Shown here in pieces: positions 50,816-62,500 of a DNA stretch of 64,000 nucleotides (positions are counted from its first letter, which is position 1; each line of letters opens with the position of its first letter). The DNA lies in assembly GCA_973895155.1 (NCBI GenBank), contig OZ316894.1, positions 10,819,874-10,883,873 of the forward strand, in the 5' to 3' direction. A program made the position numbers and the translations under genes. Under the pieces are notes generated by a model, which did no database searches, was not told where the DNA came from, and was given only the letters and a program-made list of their open reading frames with translations. The DNA is from Marsupella aquatica. Its lineage: Eukaryota; Plantae; Marchantiophyta.

Positions 50816-53523
50816 GTAAAGTGGATTTTCAGTGTATATATATTTGTCTTGAAAAATATTCAGGATAATAGTATTTTGGTGTTTGGTTGTTTCCTGGAAT
50901 AAAAAACAATGAATAGCAGTTACAGTGTTAGATTTTTACTCAGCCCTTTTTTCGTCATGACCTTTTTTCCCAACGGCCCTGGTCAACAAATTGCCAGTTT
51001 GTTTTGGTTTTTCCTACTAGAGTGGGAAGGCTACAGTATTCCATTCCCACAAGTTTCTTACAAGCAGCAATATACTTTGGTTAGTTTTCAGAATGAAGGA
51101 GGCAAAGCCCCATATGTACCAAACAAGGAGATAACAAGTGCCCAAGCGGTGGGAGGGTGAATGAGGAGCCAGGGATACTCCTGAAGAACGACCTTGGCTT
51201 AAACCATCCCCCATGTTACTCAATCTTTCCAGATGGTGCCTGACCCTTGCTCCTCTGGTTGTTTTTGTAGGAAGCCTTGCACATGCTCCAATGCACAACA
51301 GGAGAAGGTTCTACCTTGCATCAACCCTTTGCCTTCCACTTTGACAGTGTTTAGTTTATTTTTGAAAATAGTATTACTTTTGGTGGCAGGCACTCTAGTT
51401 GCTAGAAATCCTTTGCTATTTGCTTATGGGCCATCGTACCATTCTATCGTGGTACCAATCATCTATAATTGGATTTGCTAAAATTAGGAAGTAAGATTGC
51501 TTCAAAATGTTGGTACTGGGTTTTTGCCACATATTTTTGTCAAATACCACTACTTGTCACCTGATTGATGACTACAATGTTATTTTTGTGTCACAAGGTC
51601 AGTGACTTAACTTGGTTAGCCACAGAAGATCTTGGGACCCTGAGGATGTCTCATCAAACAATTCGAGTGTTTCCATTGTCATCAGGTCAGATTCACACAC
51701 CCTCACTAAGGGTCCAGTACAGCAAGCTTTCACCCCCACCCTTGTCTCCCTGTTTCTGGGAGCCCTTTCCTTAATTCAGGGAGAGGAGTCCCTGGAAGCC
51801 ATTAAAGGCTTTTCTATGCCTGCTGCCCAAAAAAGTACAAATATTGGCATTTTCTCTAATTGTCATACAAGCTGAACCCCACTTTTGGGTGGGGTTTGAG
51901 TAAAAGGCAGTGCCTGCAAGAGGATTTGAACCCTGCACTTGTGCTATCCCACTCTCATGAATTTGCCAGAGCTTGCGGCATAGAAGAGTGGGAGCATTTT
52001 TGGTGTTTAACCTCTTCTTGTTGCATATACTTCCACCGGCAGTCTGCAAACAGTGGGTATGTATATTCATTAATTATTTTCCAGGGACCGTAGCTCTGAA
52101 TTCTCCTTAGCCCTCGCATCCAGTGAGGCCCCTCTTGCACACTCTGTTTGGAGGATGATAGGACTTGTCAGATTCTGCAATGTGGTGATCTCATGAGAGT
52201 AAGATCTTCTGTGCTTAACAAAGGTCCCTGAACCCCCATGACAGGAAAAGAAAAAAAGTAACATTGAATAATTTGACCAAAAAAGTGGTAAGTCATCATA
52301 TTTGACCAGAACAGAGGTCATCTAGTCAAACCCAGTTTTCTAAAGATTGCACTGCATTTCCGTGAGCACCTTTGGAATGAACCATACGGACTGGCAATGG
52401 CAAAGGCAAAGGCAAAATAATGCCATCCTTAAATGCAGCGTGGGGCGAATCGAGCAGAGAGCTGCTCATGAACATGCTGTCCTGGGATTTGTGCACACGG
52501 CCGGTTGCCACGTTAGACATCGGCTCTTCTCCTTTTCCAGGCGCATTTAAGGTTGCGAACTTGACAGCAGTAGTCAGAGACCAAACAGACAAAAGCATGA
52601 AGTCGTGACGAACAGAGGAATCGCTGGAAATTGGTTTTTTTCTCCTGGAAAGATACTTTTGGGGAGCTGCAAAAATGTTCACCCTCGTCACGAGAGATGA
52701 GTGCTCCTTTCCAGCCCAGGATGGATAAGCCCTCCCAACAGCTCATTAGTTGGACCCCAGTCAATCATTAAATGCTGCTGTTCCTCCAGTAAGTTGTTGC
52801 TCGTGAGTGAGTGGTGCGTAGACTCATGTCCTAGCCTTTGTGTGTCCATTTAGACCTATGGGTATATGGCACTTCTTTTTGAAAAAAGTTTTAAAAAGCT
52901 CTTACTGTCGATGATATATCAGACTGCCAAAAAGCAAAAGGCCTCGTCCAACGGGAGACTGCCCCACAGGCAGGAGACCCGATATCTATTTTATGGAATT
53001 CATCCTTCAGAGTGCAATTGAAATGTAACTTGCTTTTCAAGAGTATGCCTACCAGACAATGAGCAACTCCACTGCCTTGACTCTCTCCTACCTATGGTTT
53101 TTGACGTCAGTTGACCTAGTTTGGTTACTAGGGTACCTTTGTTACTAGGGTACCTCTAAAACAAGACTATATTAGGATCCTACCTCGAAATGATTGGATT
53201 ATAACTTTCTACACACACAACCCCCCCCCCCCCCCCCCCAAAACCAAAAAAACAAAAAAAGCCAAAAAAAACCTTATATATAGATCCCCTTCACCCATGA
53301 TTCCTAAGTATGGCTGATGCTGATTGGTTGAGAGGCTAACCAGGCTATCATACTTAGCCCAAACTGCTTTTTACCAGCAATTCTCCTAAAACTACTGTAC
53401 CCATGGTTGAAGATCTTAAACTTCATTTGCCTTCCGTCTACCTCATGTCCAGCTATGTGGCAACATCATGTTTTGCCCTTTTGAATGCGTCCACACGAAC
53501 AAACATTGCTCTTTACAGCATCT

Positions 53524-53585
53524 AACCTTCCATCAAACATGAGCCTTGATAACCTTCCATCAAACATGAGCCTTGATAACCTTCC
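53524..53585. repeat. Tandem duplication, 27 bp x2 plus a partial unit
   Basis: AACCTTCCATCAAACATGAGCCTTGAT is repeated. Confidence 0.9.
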
Positions 53586-55050
53586 CAAGCATAGGAAGGG
53601 CTATCCTGATATAAAAATGGTCCCCTTAAAATGTAACTAAATTTTATTTGCACTCTGGTTGGTTGGGGAAAAATCACAAACTTTCAAGTAGGATTTGACA
53701 GCTTAACTTTTTCGACCCTCTCTCCCTAATATTAAAAGATTTTTCTAGTAGAGATACTCATGTGGGCTACCTCGCCTCGCACAAAATGAATAGGATAATG
53801 TCCTGGTTAGAGGGCATTGTGGAATATAATGCCCATAATTAGGACATTAATGTCGTAAAAACTTGAGCGACTGTTACCCTGAAATAGAAAATTTAGATTA
53901 AAAAGCCATCCAAGAAGTGATTGCTATGGAATTGGCCAAAAATATACGTTCTTGAGTTATATTAGATTTTATTTATAGATATTTTGTTGTATCACCATAT
54001 AAGATTTGGTTATCATCTTGAGATCTTGACTAAGTTTTAAATTTTTTTTGTGTATGGTAAAATTATATTTAATTTTTACTTTTACTATATTTATGGTGTT
54101 TTGTATAATCCCCTCCTCAAAAAAAGGGGTGCATTATGGAAAATTAATGTACTCAAATATACAAAGAGAAAAGTCATGAAAGGCTTTACTATCCAGATCT
54201 TGCATGCTCTCAAATTGCTTCAAATCCAAGGCAATGGTAGGTTTCTTGCCAACCACTCCTAAGATCTTATTCTCAATCAATCAATCAAAATAAATTATAA
54301 ATACCAGTCCACAAAGAAAGTTATTGCACTGGGGCCTTTCCCATTCGAGCTGGAACTCCGGTATTTTTTCTGAATATCAGGTTAAAAATAGCCTGAAATT
54401 GGAAAATCTATACCACAGTTTTAAAATTGAAATTAATTAAAAGGAGCAGCCGGTAGCCAGGGTCGAATGTTGGTTTGGTAGTTCGCCACTGTAGCAATAT
54501 AGTGCTAAAGCATGGGCATGTCAAAAAAGTACCCTCAGAATGGAAACAAAAACCATTTAAAAATAATAACGTAAGACCCAGTACGGTACCCCCTGTAGGG
54601 TATAAAACAGACAACTCCATGCTGTCAAACGCTCGTCGGAAAGAAGAACAACAATCATCTCCTTCTGTTCTCCTTATCTTCTCGGCTCCCACCGACGGCC
54701 CGCCGTCGTTTCCCGCCGTTGCCCGCCGTTCCCCGGTCGTGCACTAATCGTCATTCGGTCCAGAGGTCCGTCCAACTCACAGTACTAACCAACCAACACA
54801 ACCTTAGGTCCGCGGCTGATGCGCTCCGACTGTACAGTCCAGTCCAGTACAGTAGAGTCCAGTCCAGTACAGTAGAGTACTACAGTCGCCTGAAGGCTTC
54901 GTGCAGTGTCATAATTGGCAGTGCACAGTACGCCGCCCATGTCAAGGTAATGCGAAATGCAATGCAGGTCACAAGAAATAGTAATAAACATGCAGTTCGA
55001 TGCGATGCCAAGTACTGTGCAGGCAGACAGGCTACAAATCCACCTAGGAA

Positions 55051-55092
55051 AGAGAGAGAGAGAGAGACTGTGAGAGAGAGAGAGAGAGAGAG
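55051..55092. repeat. (GA)n microsatellite within a CpG-rich island
   Basis: Two GA runs separated by CTGT. Confidence 0.9.
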
Positions 55093-57563
55093 CGAGGACC
55101 GGAGGAATGAAGCTGATGAGTTTTTTCCCCATTGATTCGCATGCAAATCTCGGGACGGATGGATGGGCCCGCACGCGGGCAAGCAGGCAAGCAGACACAC
55201 TTTTCATGCTGACCACCAGTGCGGCGATGAATGGATCGATCGATCGATGGAGGATCAGTCTGATGATGTTGGTGAGTGACGAGACTTTTAGATTTTAGAA
55301 TGCGAGACGAGAGTGGTGGGCCAGAACCTGATCAGAGAGAGAGCGAGGGCGAACGTGTTGGGAACTGCAACCAGAAACAAACCAGCCAGCGGACACAATG
55401 GGACCGGTTCAGAACCCCGAGAAAAGACTGCTTTCGTCGCGTCTCTCACTTGGGCATTGCAGATTGGCAGCGGATTGGCAGCAGATTTGGCATTCACTCT
55501 TTCAGTAAGTGCGCGACTGTACTTCCAAACTGCAGGAGTGATCAGCAGAGAGTGCGCTCGATGATCATTTGTGCAATTGTGCTCTTGTAGGGTGGTTAGC
55601 AGGTGGCCATATTGGATCAAATGATCAATCAGGTCATCATCGATTACACTTCCCTAGTACTGACGTGATTCGCACAAACAATATATATTTCATAGAAAAT
55701 GGCACCCAGACCCAAAAGTTGGCCTCCCAGAAATGGTGGCTGCAAAAATATGTGGGCAGGGGGAGTAAATTAAACTCCAGCCTCAAAGTCCTGAAAAACT
55801 GTGAGAGGCTAAGTGCCCAGATAACGTCAGATAAGGACAAATGTTTTGGCTAGTTAAAAGAGAAATACCACAAAAAAGTTGCGAAAGTATGGAAGCAAGC
55901 ATTTGGGAATCTTAAACCAAGTTACCACTACACTATTACAGAATATAGTCTAGCAGTAGTGAAAGTAGTTTAGCAGTGAATATCAATCATAGGCAAAGCC
56001 ACGAATATGTCATGATTATGGTGCACTATCTTTTTGCACTGTTTATAGAGAGAGAGGGGAGGGTCATGACTCGTGAGCAACTTCTATCATTAGAGATCAT
56101 TCTATCTACCGTCTGGATCTACAGGGCTAGCAGCTGCACATCAAGAGGTGGTGCAAAGAATAGTTTAGTAGGCAGCCACCTACAGTAGGGAGGCGTGATG
56201 CATAGTTAGTGGCCACCTAGGGGTGAATAGGAAGCAGCCAGCTAGATGGAGGTAGAGCAACGACAGAAGCCAGCGAGGGAGAGAATGGTCATGGCTGTGC
56301 AGCTGTGTGGAGCTGCTATCTAACTTTAGAGAGGAGTGATTTGCAAGACCAGTCGTTTATAGAGAGAGTGTTATTTGTCTTTTGGAGAGTCAACAATCAT
56401 TTTGTGGCTTCAATTCAATTGTTTTGACATTTTTATGTGGCTATGTTTTATATAGTAGTAAGAGTAGTAGTAGTACAGTATAGGCGTTTTCTCCTTGTGT
56501 TTAGCGTCCAAATTTTGCTTGGCAGCAAATTTTTGCAATACTTTCTTTGCGGGTCACAAGCAGTTTGCCAGGTTGTTGTGCAGTGCAGGGCAGCAGTATA
56601 TTTTGTACTCTCCCAAATGTTCTGCAAAAAAGGGAATTATGAAGATTGAGAGTGCCAGCACAAAAGGAAATCATGCCATTTGTTTTCTAGATGTCAAGAG
56701 CTTGGGCGGGGTTTACATCAAATGGGAAGAGCCTTGGGGGTGGGGTGGGGGAGGGGACTTGGACTCAGAACCTCGGACTCCCCATTCAGATGAATTACCA
56801 CTTACCCATAACCTGCTAGAAATAGTAGTCCCATTGCTAGTATTTATATCTATATCATGTTCCCAGGGCCCGGGCAGCAGGTGCAGACAGCCTGACATGA
56901 ATAGCACTTCCATAGATTCTCCGCCCCAAATAGCACTTCCTGGTTGGTAAGGTAACATTAGGAGAACCAAATCACCTAAGTAGAACTCACATCACCATCT
57001 TGACACTTGTGACCACCTCCTACAATTACTGGGTCCCTTATGCGAACCCTATGTTGACCAAATCCAGTAATGGAAGCTCAAATACTGGAGGGATGATCAG
57101 GTTCATGCATGCCCTGTGCAAAAAGTTCATGAATCTTCCCTTCCAATTATTTTGCAAGGCCATAAAGGATTTCTCTAGATTTTATTTCTATACTTTAAAA
57201 ACAATATTTTACATCAAAGTAATGAGAATATTCAAATCAATTACTAAAAATTTCCAATAATTACTCGTTTTTAGAGCCAATGTGATATTCATTGTGCTAG
57301 TCTTTCTCTTTAAGGCATGAAGAACCCCTATGAGGCACAAACATCAGAATTACCAAAGGACCTTCATAGGACAATGAAAGAAACATGACCCAAAAGGATG
57401 AGCAGAGCAAGAGGAACTGCTGAAATGAGAAGCAAGTGGTCTAATCAACCACTTTGCTTCGATGCTGTATGGTTTTTGTTTGTTGTCTTGAAAAGAAGTG
57501 AGGATGAACACCAAGTAGACTCTCTTACCCCGGCCAATAGTGACATACATTCTTTGTAGGGAA

Positions 57564-57908
57564 TGTTAAGCATAGACGACATTCGCAACTGCAAGCCCAT
57601 GAAACATCCAACGTACAAGAGTCGACACAGAGAAATACGTGGTTCACCTCCACATGAGGCTACGTCCACGGGAACACACAAGAACTTTACTGCACTCTAG
57701 GCCGACCGGCCATACCTAGCATTCACAGCGCAAGCTCTCCCTATCTCTCAACGAGCTCTGTAACAATGAGCCTAAGTTCCACCCAGGGTTTGGCATTAGC
57801 CCTGGCTATATACACAACAGCACTACCACTAACATTAGCTAAGTCCTAACCCAAGTCAGACTAACTGTGGTTAGCTCATGAGTCACAAGACTAGAGCAAT
57901 ATCTAACA
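57564..57908. mobile_element. Solo LTR, family B, copy 1 (345 bp)
   Basis: TGTT...AACA termini with a perfect 5-bp TSD GGGAA (57559-57563, 57909-57913). Confidence 0.9.
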
Positions 57909-57913
57909 GGGAA

Positions 57914-58140
57914 CCCATTTCAGGGTCAGCCTCCAGGGACCCATACCAGGAGGGAGAGAAGACTAAAGCAAGGCCACAAAGTTGGCAACCAGGGACCAAG
58001 GAGATTATCAGAACTCTCATCCACTACCCACAAAATCCATCCCACCCACACACATACATCCACATCCCTGTGTGGAGGGGGATTGAACCTGAGATCTTTT
58101 AATTCCAGGCTAATTCCCTAGCCAATTGACCTAACCTAGG
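57914..58140 (-). mobile_element. tRNA-derived SINE-like relic
   Basis: Minus strand reads ...GGTCAATTGGCTAGG...AGGTTCAATCCCC (B box). Homologous to 30200-30390. Confidence 0.6.
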
Positions 58141-58535
58141 TTATGGAGGTTCTTTGGCGTGAATAGTTGACCTACCCTCCAGGCTCTCCTAGACACTTCC
58201 CATTATAGGACCTTTTGCATGCTGAAAAGAGTTTTTTGTGATTTCTTTCAACTGTGAACTTGTTTCAGATGTGGCTTTTTGTTGAACATACATCTCTCTG
58301 AATCTATGTTTTAAGCTCTAGATTTAGGGTTTGAGGTTAATGAGGTGACACTAATACTCAAACAGTTCCAAAATACTATCATTTGTTTTGGATATTCTAT
58401 TGTACCATATGTGAAATGAGTACTATGGGTAACAAATGTACCTCACACAGTAACTTGTGGTTTAAAGAATATCTAATGGTCTTTTACCACAGTCCAATTC
58501 AATAGTCACCTTCAATTCAATGTGAGCCTTTTCTG

Positions 58536-58879
58536 TGTTGAGCATAGACGACATTCGTAACGGCAAGCCCATGAACCATCCAACGCACAAGAGTCGACAC
58601 AGAGAGATACGTGGTTCACCTCCACATGAGACTACGTCCACGGGAACACACAAGAGCTTTACTGCACTCTAGGCCGACCGGCCATACCAAGCATCCACAG
58701 CACAAGCTCTCATTATCTCTCAACTAGCTCTGTAACAATGAACCTAAGTTCCACCAGGGTCTGGCATCAGCCCCGGCTATATGCACAACAGCACTACCGC
58801 TAACATTAGTGAAGTCCTAACTTGAGTTAAACTAACTGTAGTTAGCTCATGAGTCACAAGACTAGAGCAATATCTAACA
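58536..58879. mobile_element. Solo LTR, family B, copy 2 (344 bp)
   Basis: TGTT...AACA termini with a perfect 5-bp TSD TTCTG (58531-58535, 58880-58884). Highly similar to 57564-57908. Confidence 0.9.
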
Positions 58880-61800
58880 TTCTGGAGACAATGCAATAAC
58901 ATTGATAAACGTTTTTAATAAACTTCAATGGGGGATTGGAATCGTAAACTCTCATGGACCAACTTTTGGGGCCCAAAAGTGCCAGCCTTTACACAAGTGA
59001 AACACTTATACTGGCGGAGTCTGAAAGAATACTTGAGGGCAGTCCATCTGGGTTTGGTCTAACGTAGTGGTCCATGTGGGCATTTTTTTTCTTATGGGGT
59101 AAACCATGTTACATAGCTCATTTTATTCTAGCAATAAATTTATTTTTAGAGAAAGCAATCCAGGCAGACAGTGTAATAAAGGACCAGGATTAAAGGAACA
59201 CTATAATCACACAAAATTGCCATAAAGAAGGGTCCCACAATTTAAATAATCTGCAGTACCTAAAACAAATTAGACAGGGAAATGGCGGCTCCATCCCCCA
59301 AATAAGTCAACTACCCTGCACACACGTGGCTCTATTTATACCCCCTTTCCATTCCATTATGTGAGGACTGGATTATTAAATGTGCATTAAATACGGGAAT
59401 AAAGTATTAAAATTGTTAGCCAGGAAATACGGTATTGGACTGTCTCCCGGCAGTCTCCCACCATTTCTCATTCCAATCACTTTTGGGTTTCAAAAGTGTA
59501 AACATAAAAGTATAGCAAACAGTGCAACTGTTTAAAAAGAAAAAGGATCGATTTACTAAAAAAAGGGCCAAACAAAGTATAAACACACTTTTTAAAAAGG
59601 GTTGGACAAAGTACTAACAAGTAAAAGCAAAAGAGATCCAGAAAAGACAAAAACCATATTCAAAAGAAGAGGGAAATGCAAACCCAATGAAACTTTGAAA
59701 ATTTAATAAAATAGGTGCAACTGGTTTGACAAACGGAAGACCCTCTTGCTGGTGACACTTGGGCCATAGCCCTCTGGCGTCTCATAGCCTTTACCCTCCT
59801 CCCACCATTTTATTTCTGTGAATTTCTGTCAAATTCTCATCTCAAATTATTGCTGGGCAAGTCTAAGAAAGAAAAGAATGTAAAATTGCCAAAATTAATT
59901 GGACTTCAATCTGGTAGCAACTTGCCACCACTCCACGCACTACCTCCCACCGCCCCCTGCAGTAAAATCGCCCCTCTCCTCACCCTGACATTTCCCGGCT
60001 CACCGCCCGTCCTCCAGTGCGTTGTGTGTAGTCCACCTGCAACTCAACAACTTGGGGAAATGGGGAATCCAACTCCTCCCTATCCTCCTCTATATTTGAA
60101 TTCCATCTGGCAGCATCTGTCTGTGGACACTTAGAGGGGTTCAATTCCCCTCCAGAGAATTTATTTGACATTTTTCCACATGTTTTAGTATCAACTACAT
60201 AGTCTGATTGCCATGCCTCAACCAACCTGTCCTTCTTACACCGCCCCTTTCAAGCTTGCACAATCTTCTTCCATGCCTCATTTTTTAATTCCCACAGAAA
60301 CTCTTGCTCGTCAAAAACTGGCCTTGCATAGGGGAGAAGTCGAAGTGACATTGCAATCCCCCCTCCACAGGCAAGGGGTGTGGAAGGTATGCGTGGGTGG
60401 GGTGTAGTGGTCGGAGTACTGGTTATTCCTGGGCCTCTGGCTGGTTGCTTTGGGGCCCTGGTCTAACTCTCTTCCCTTCCTGGTACGGGTCCCCAGTATA
60501 CTCCTCTCTTGTGGGCTACCCTAGAGTGGTGCATGCTCCAAAGTATAATGTTTATCCTCTTTCGGATGGGTCTCTTTTGGTTTCAAGGCAAGAAAAACTA
60601 AGTACTTTATGACACAAACAGATGGGCTCTCACCACAACAGCTACCTCCCAAATTCCCTAAAAAAGACTGCCTCCTCTTTGTTGCACTCCCCTCTCTTTG
60701 CACATTGACCACTTTATGCTTTGCTCCCCACTCACCAAACTCTTTAATTTTCTATTAGCTTTGACTTCTTTCCACTGCAGCCTTAGAGGGTGACCATGTT
60801 CTCCATCCAAAATTGTCTACATCAACCGCAACACAGCTATTGAGCTACTAGTTTATATTTCACTTGGAAGTCGCAAAATTATCAACTTGAGAAAGGTAGT
60901 GACGTCAAACTCTGAGGCCCTAAGATCAATTTTCTCAAGTATCTAGTTTGGCTACCCCTACTTATGTATGCTTCAATGTTTGTAAGAAAGTTTTCTGTTA
61001 CTTTTTAATTATAAAGTAATGAGTACACTGCAAAGTTAGTGTTTAGATCAAAATGTTTAGAACATTTTAAAATTTGCATCACCCAATTATTTTTGAGGTT
61101 TCATAAGCACTCAAACATTTTATTAGTCAGGTAAAATATTTAAATAATCCAGGATGGCACTACCGTAGTCAATGTTGTTGGCAATGATTTTCTAGGGCCT
61201 AAATACTGCCAAAATCTTCCCTTCTCTAGTTCCTGGGCCAAATTATACAAAGAAAAACAAGGGGAACAAATATCAAGAAAAATATACCAGAATCTGCATT
61301 TTGCTGCAGTTGGATTTGCTTTTTCTCTAAAGATCTGATGGCTGTCCTTGAGATCAAGAAAGAACTAAGGCTTTCCATGAATTCAATTAAATTTAAGTGA
61401 ATATTAGATGGGTTCTCACATATCTTCCCTTATCCCTTGCTAATTCAACTCCCTCACAGAATACAGAAAAGAAATCATTGACCGTGGGATTTGGGGTCAA
61501 CCCAATCATTTTCATTGGCAGGGTGAGATGATGTTTTGACAACACCAACTATGTGCCTAAAGGAGTAGAATAGATAGAATTTCCAAACTTTATAATTCTA
61601 TGACATGTGAAGACTAAAACAATGGATGGTTCACAACTTTGTATTGTCTACTGCAGGTCCCCCTCTCTGGATTTTCTATGCAATTCTTGCAAAAAAAACC
61701 TACCACATTAACTCACTAGAATTCAAATTATTCAGTCAATCAACATTGATACCAGATTTCAATAATTAGTGGTTAACCCTAAACTCAACAAACTCTCAAC

Positions 61801-62119
61801 AAAAGCTAAACTTGCAACCTCAAATTGATTTCCCCCTCCATGTCCACCCCAACCTCACACCTTCATCCTTCTTTTGTCCCCAATCCTTAACTCCCCTTTT
61901 TTGTTTATGAGATCTCTTTCATCTGGTTGGTTTGATGAGGGTCATCAAAAAGTTTTGTGATCTTCATAAATCTGCAAAATTTGTTTAAGTAAGAAGGTCT
62001 CCAAGCTTTTTAGCAACATAAAAATCTCAGCCTAAGCAAACTTAAGACAATAATAAAATGACTAGAAAATGTTTTTGTAACATCCTAGGATGTTCAAGTA
62101 CCCTAACAATATAGAAACA

Positions 62120-62500
62120 TGTCGAGTGCATACACATTGTTACACAACATACATCATGTGTCACACACATCAAAATATAGACAAAAAAAAATGAGAAAAT
62201 GAAATACAAGTGGAACTCATGTTCACACATATCCAAAACTCACAATAATTTTCAACAAAATTGAACAACAATTGCAGCCAACAATACACAATGGATCCTG
62301 CTCAATCCAATCACACACAAATATTGAGTCAAATGCACCTTGCGTTTCAAGGAATTTATGTTACATACATAACCTGGTCGGCCACACCATAGCCATCAAA
62401 ACTCATACTTCAAAGCTCAACATCCAAAGATGAGGCCTTTGAGCCCCCCCCCCCCCCCCCCCACCCCATAACTATCCCTCCAAATGTATAGAAACCCTAA
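62120..62500. mobile_element. LTR family A, copy 3 (3'-truncated)
   Basis: TGTCGAGTGCATACACATTGTTACACAACATACATC...AATGAAATACAAGTGGAACTCATGTTCACACAT matches copy 1. It lacks the GGTGTGACA end and contains a poly-C run. Confidence 0.7.

Noticed and set aside
57564-58879. Single TRIM/LARD element bounded by two LTRs
   Set aside because: Outer flanks differ (GGGAA versus TTCTG), each LTR has its own TSD, and no PBS follows the first LTR.
52950-59460. GGGAGACTGCC / GGCAGTCTCCC as TIRs of a 6.5-kb element
   Set aside because: Only an 11-bp match, with no TSD or transposase evident.
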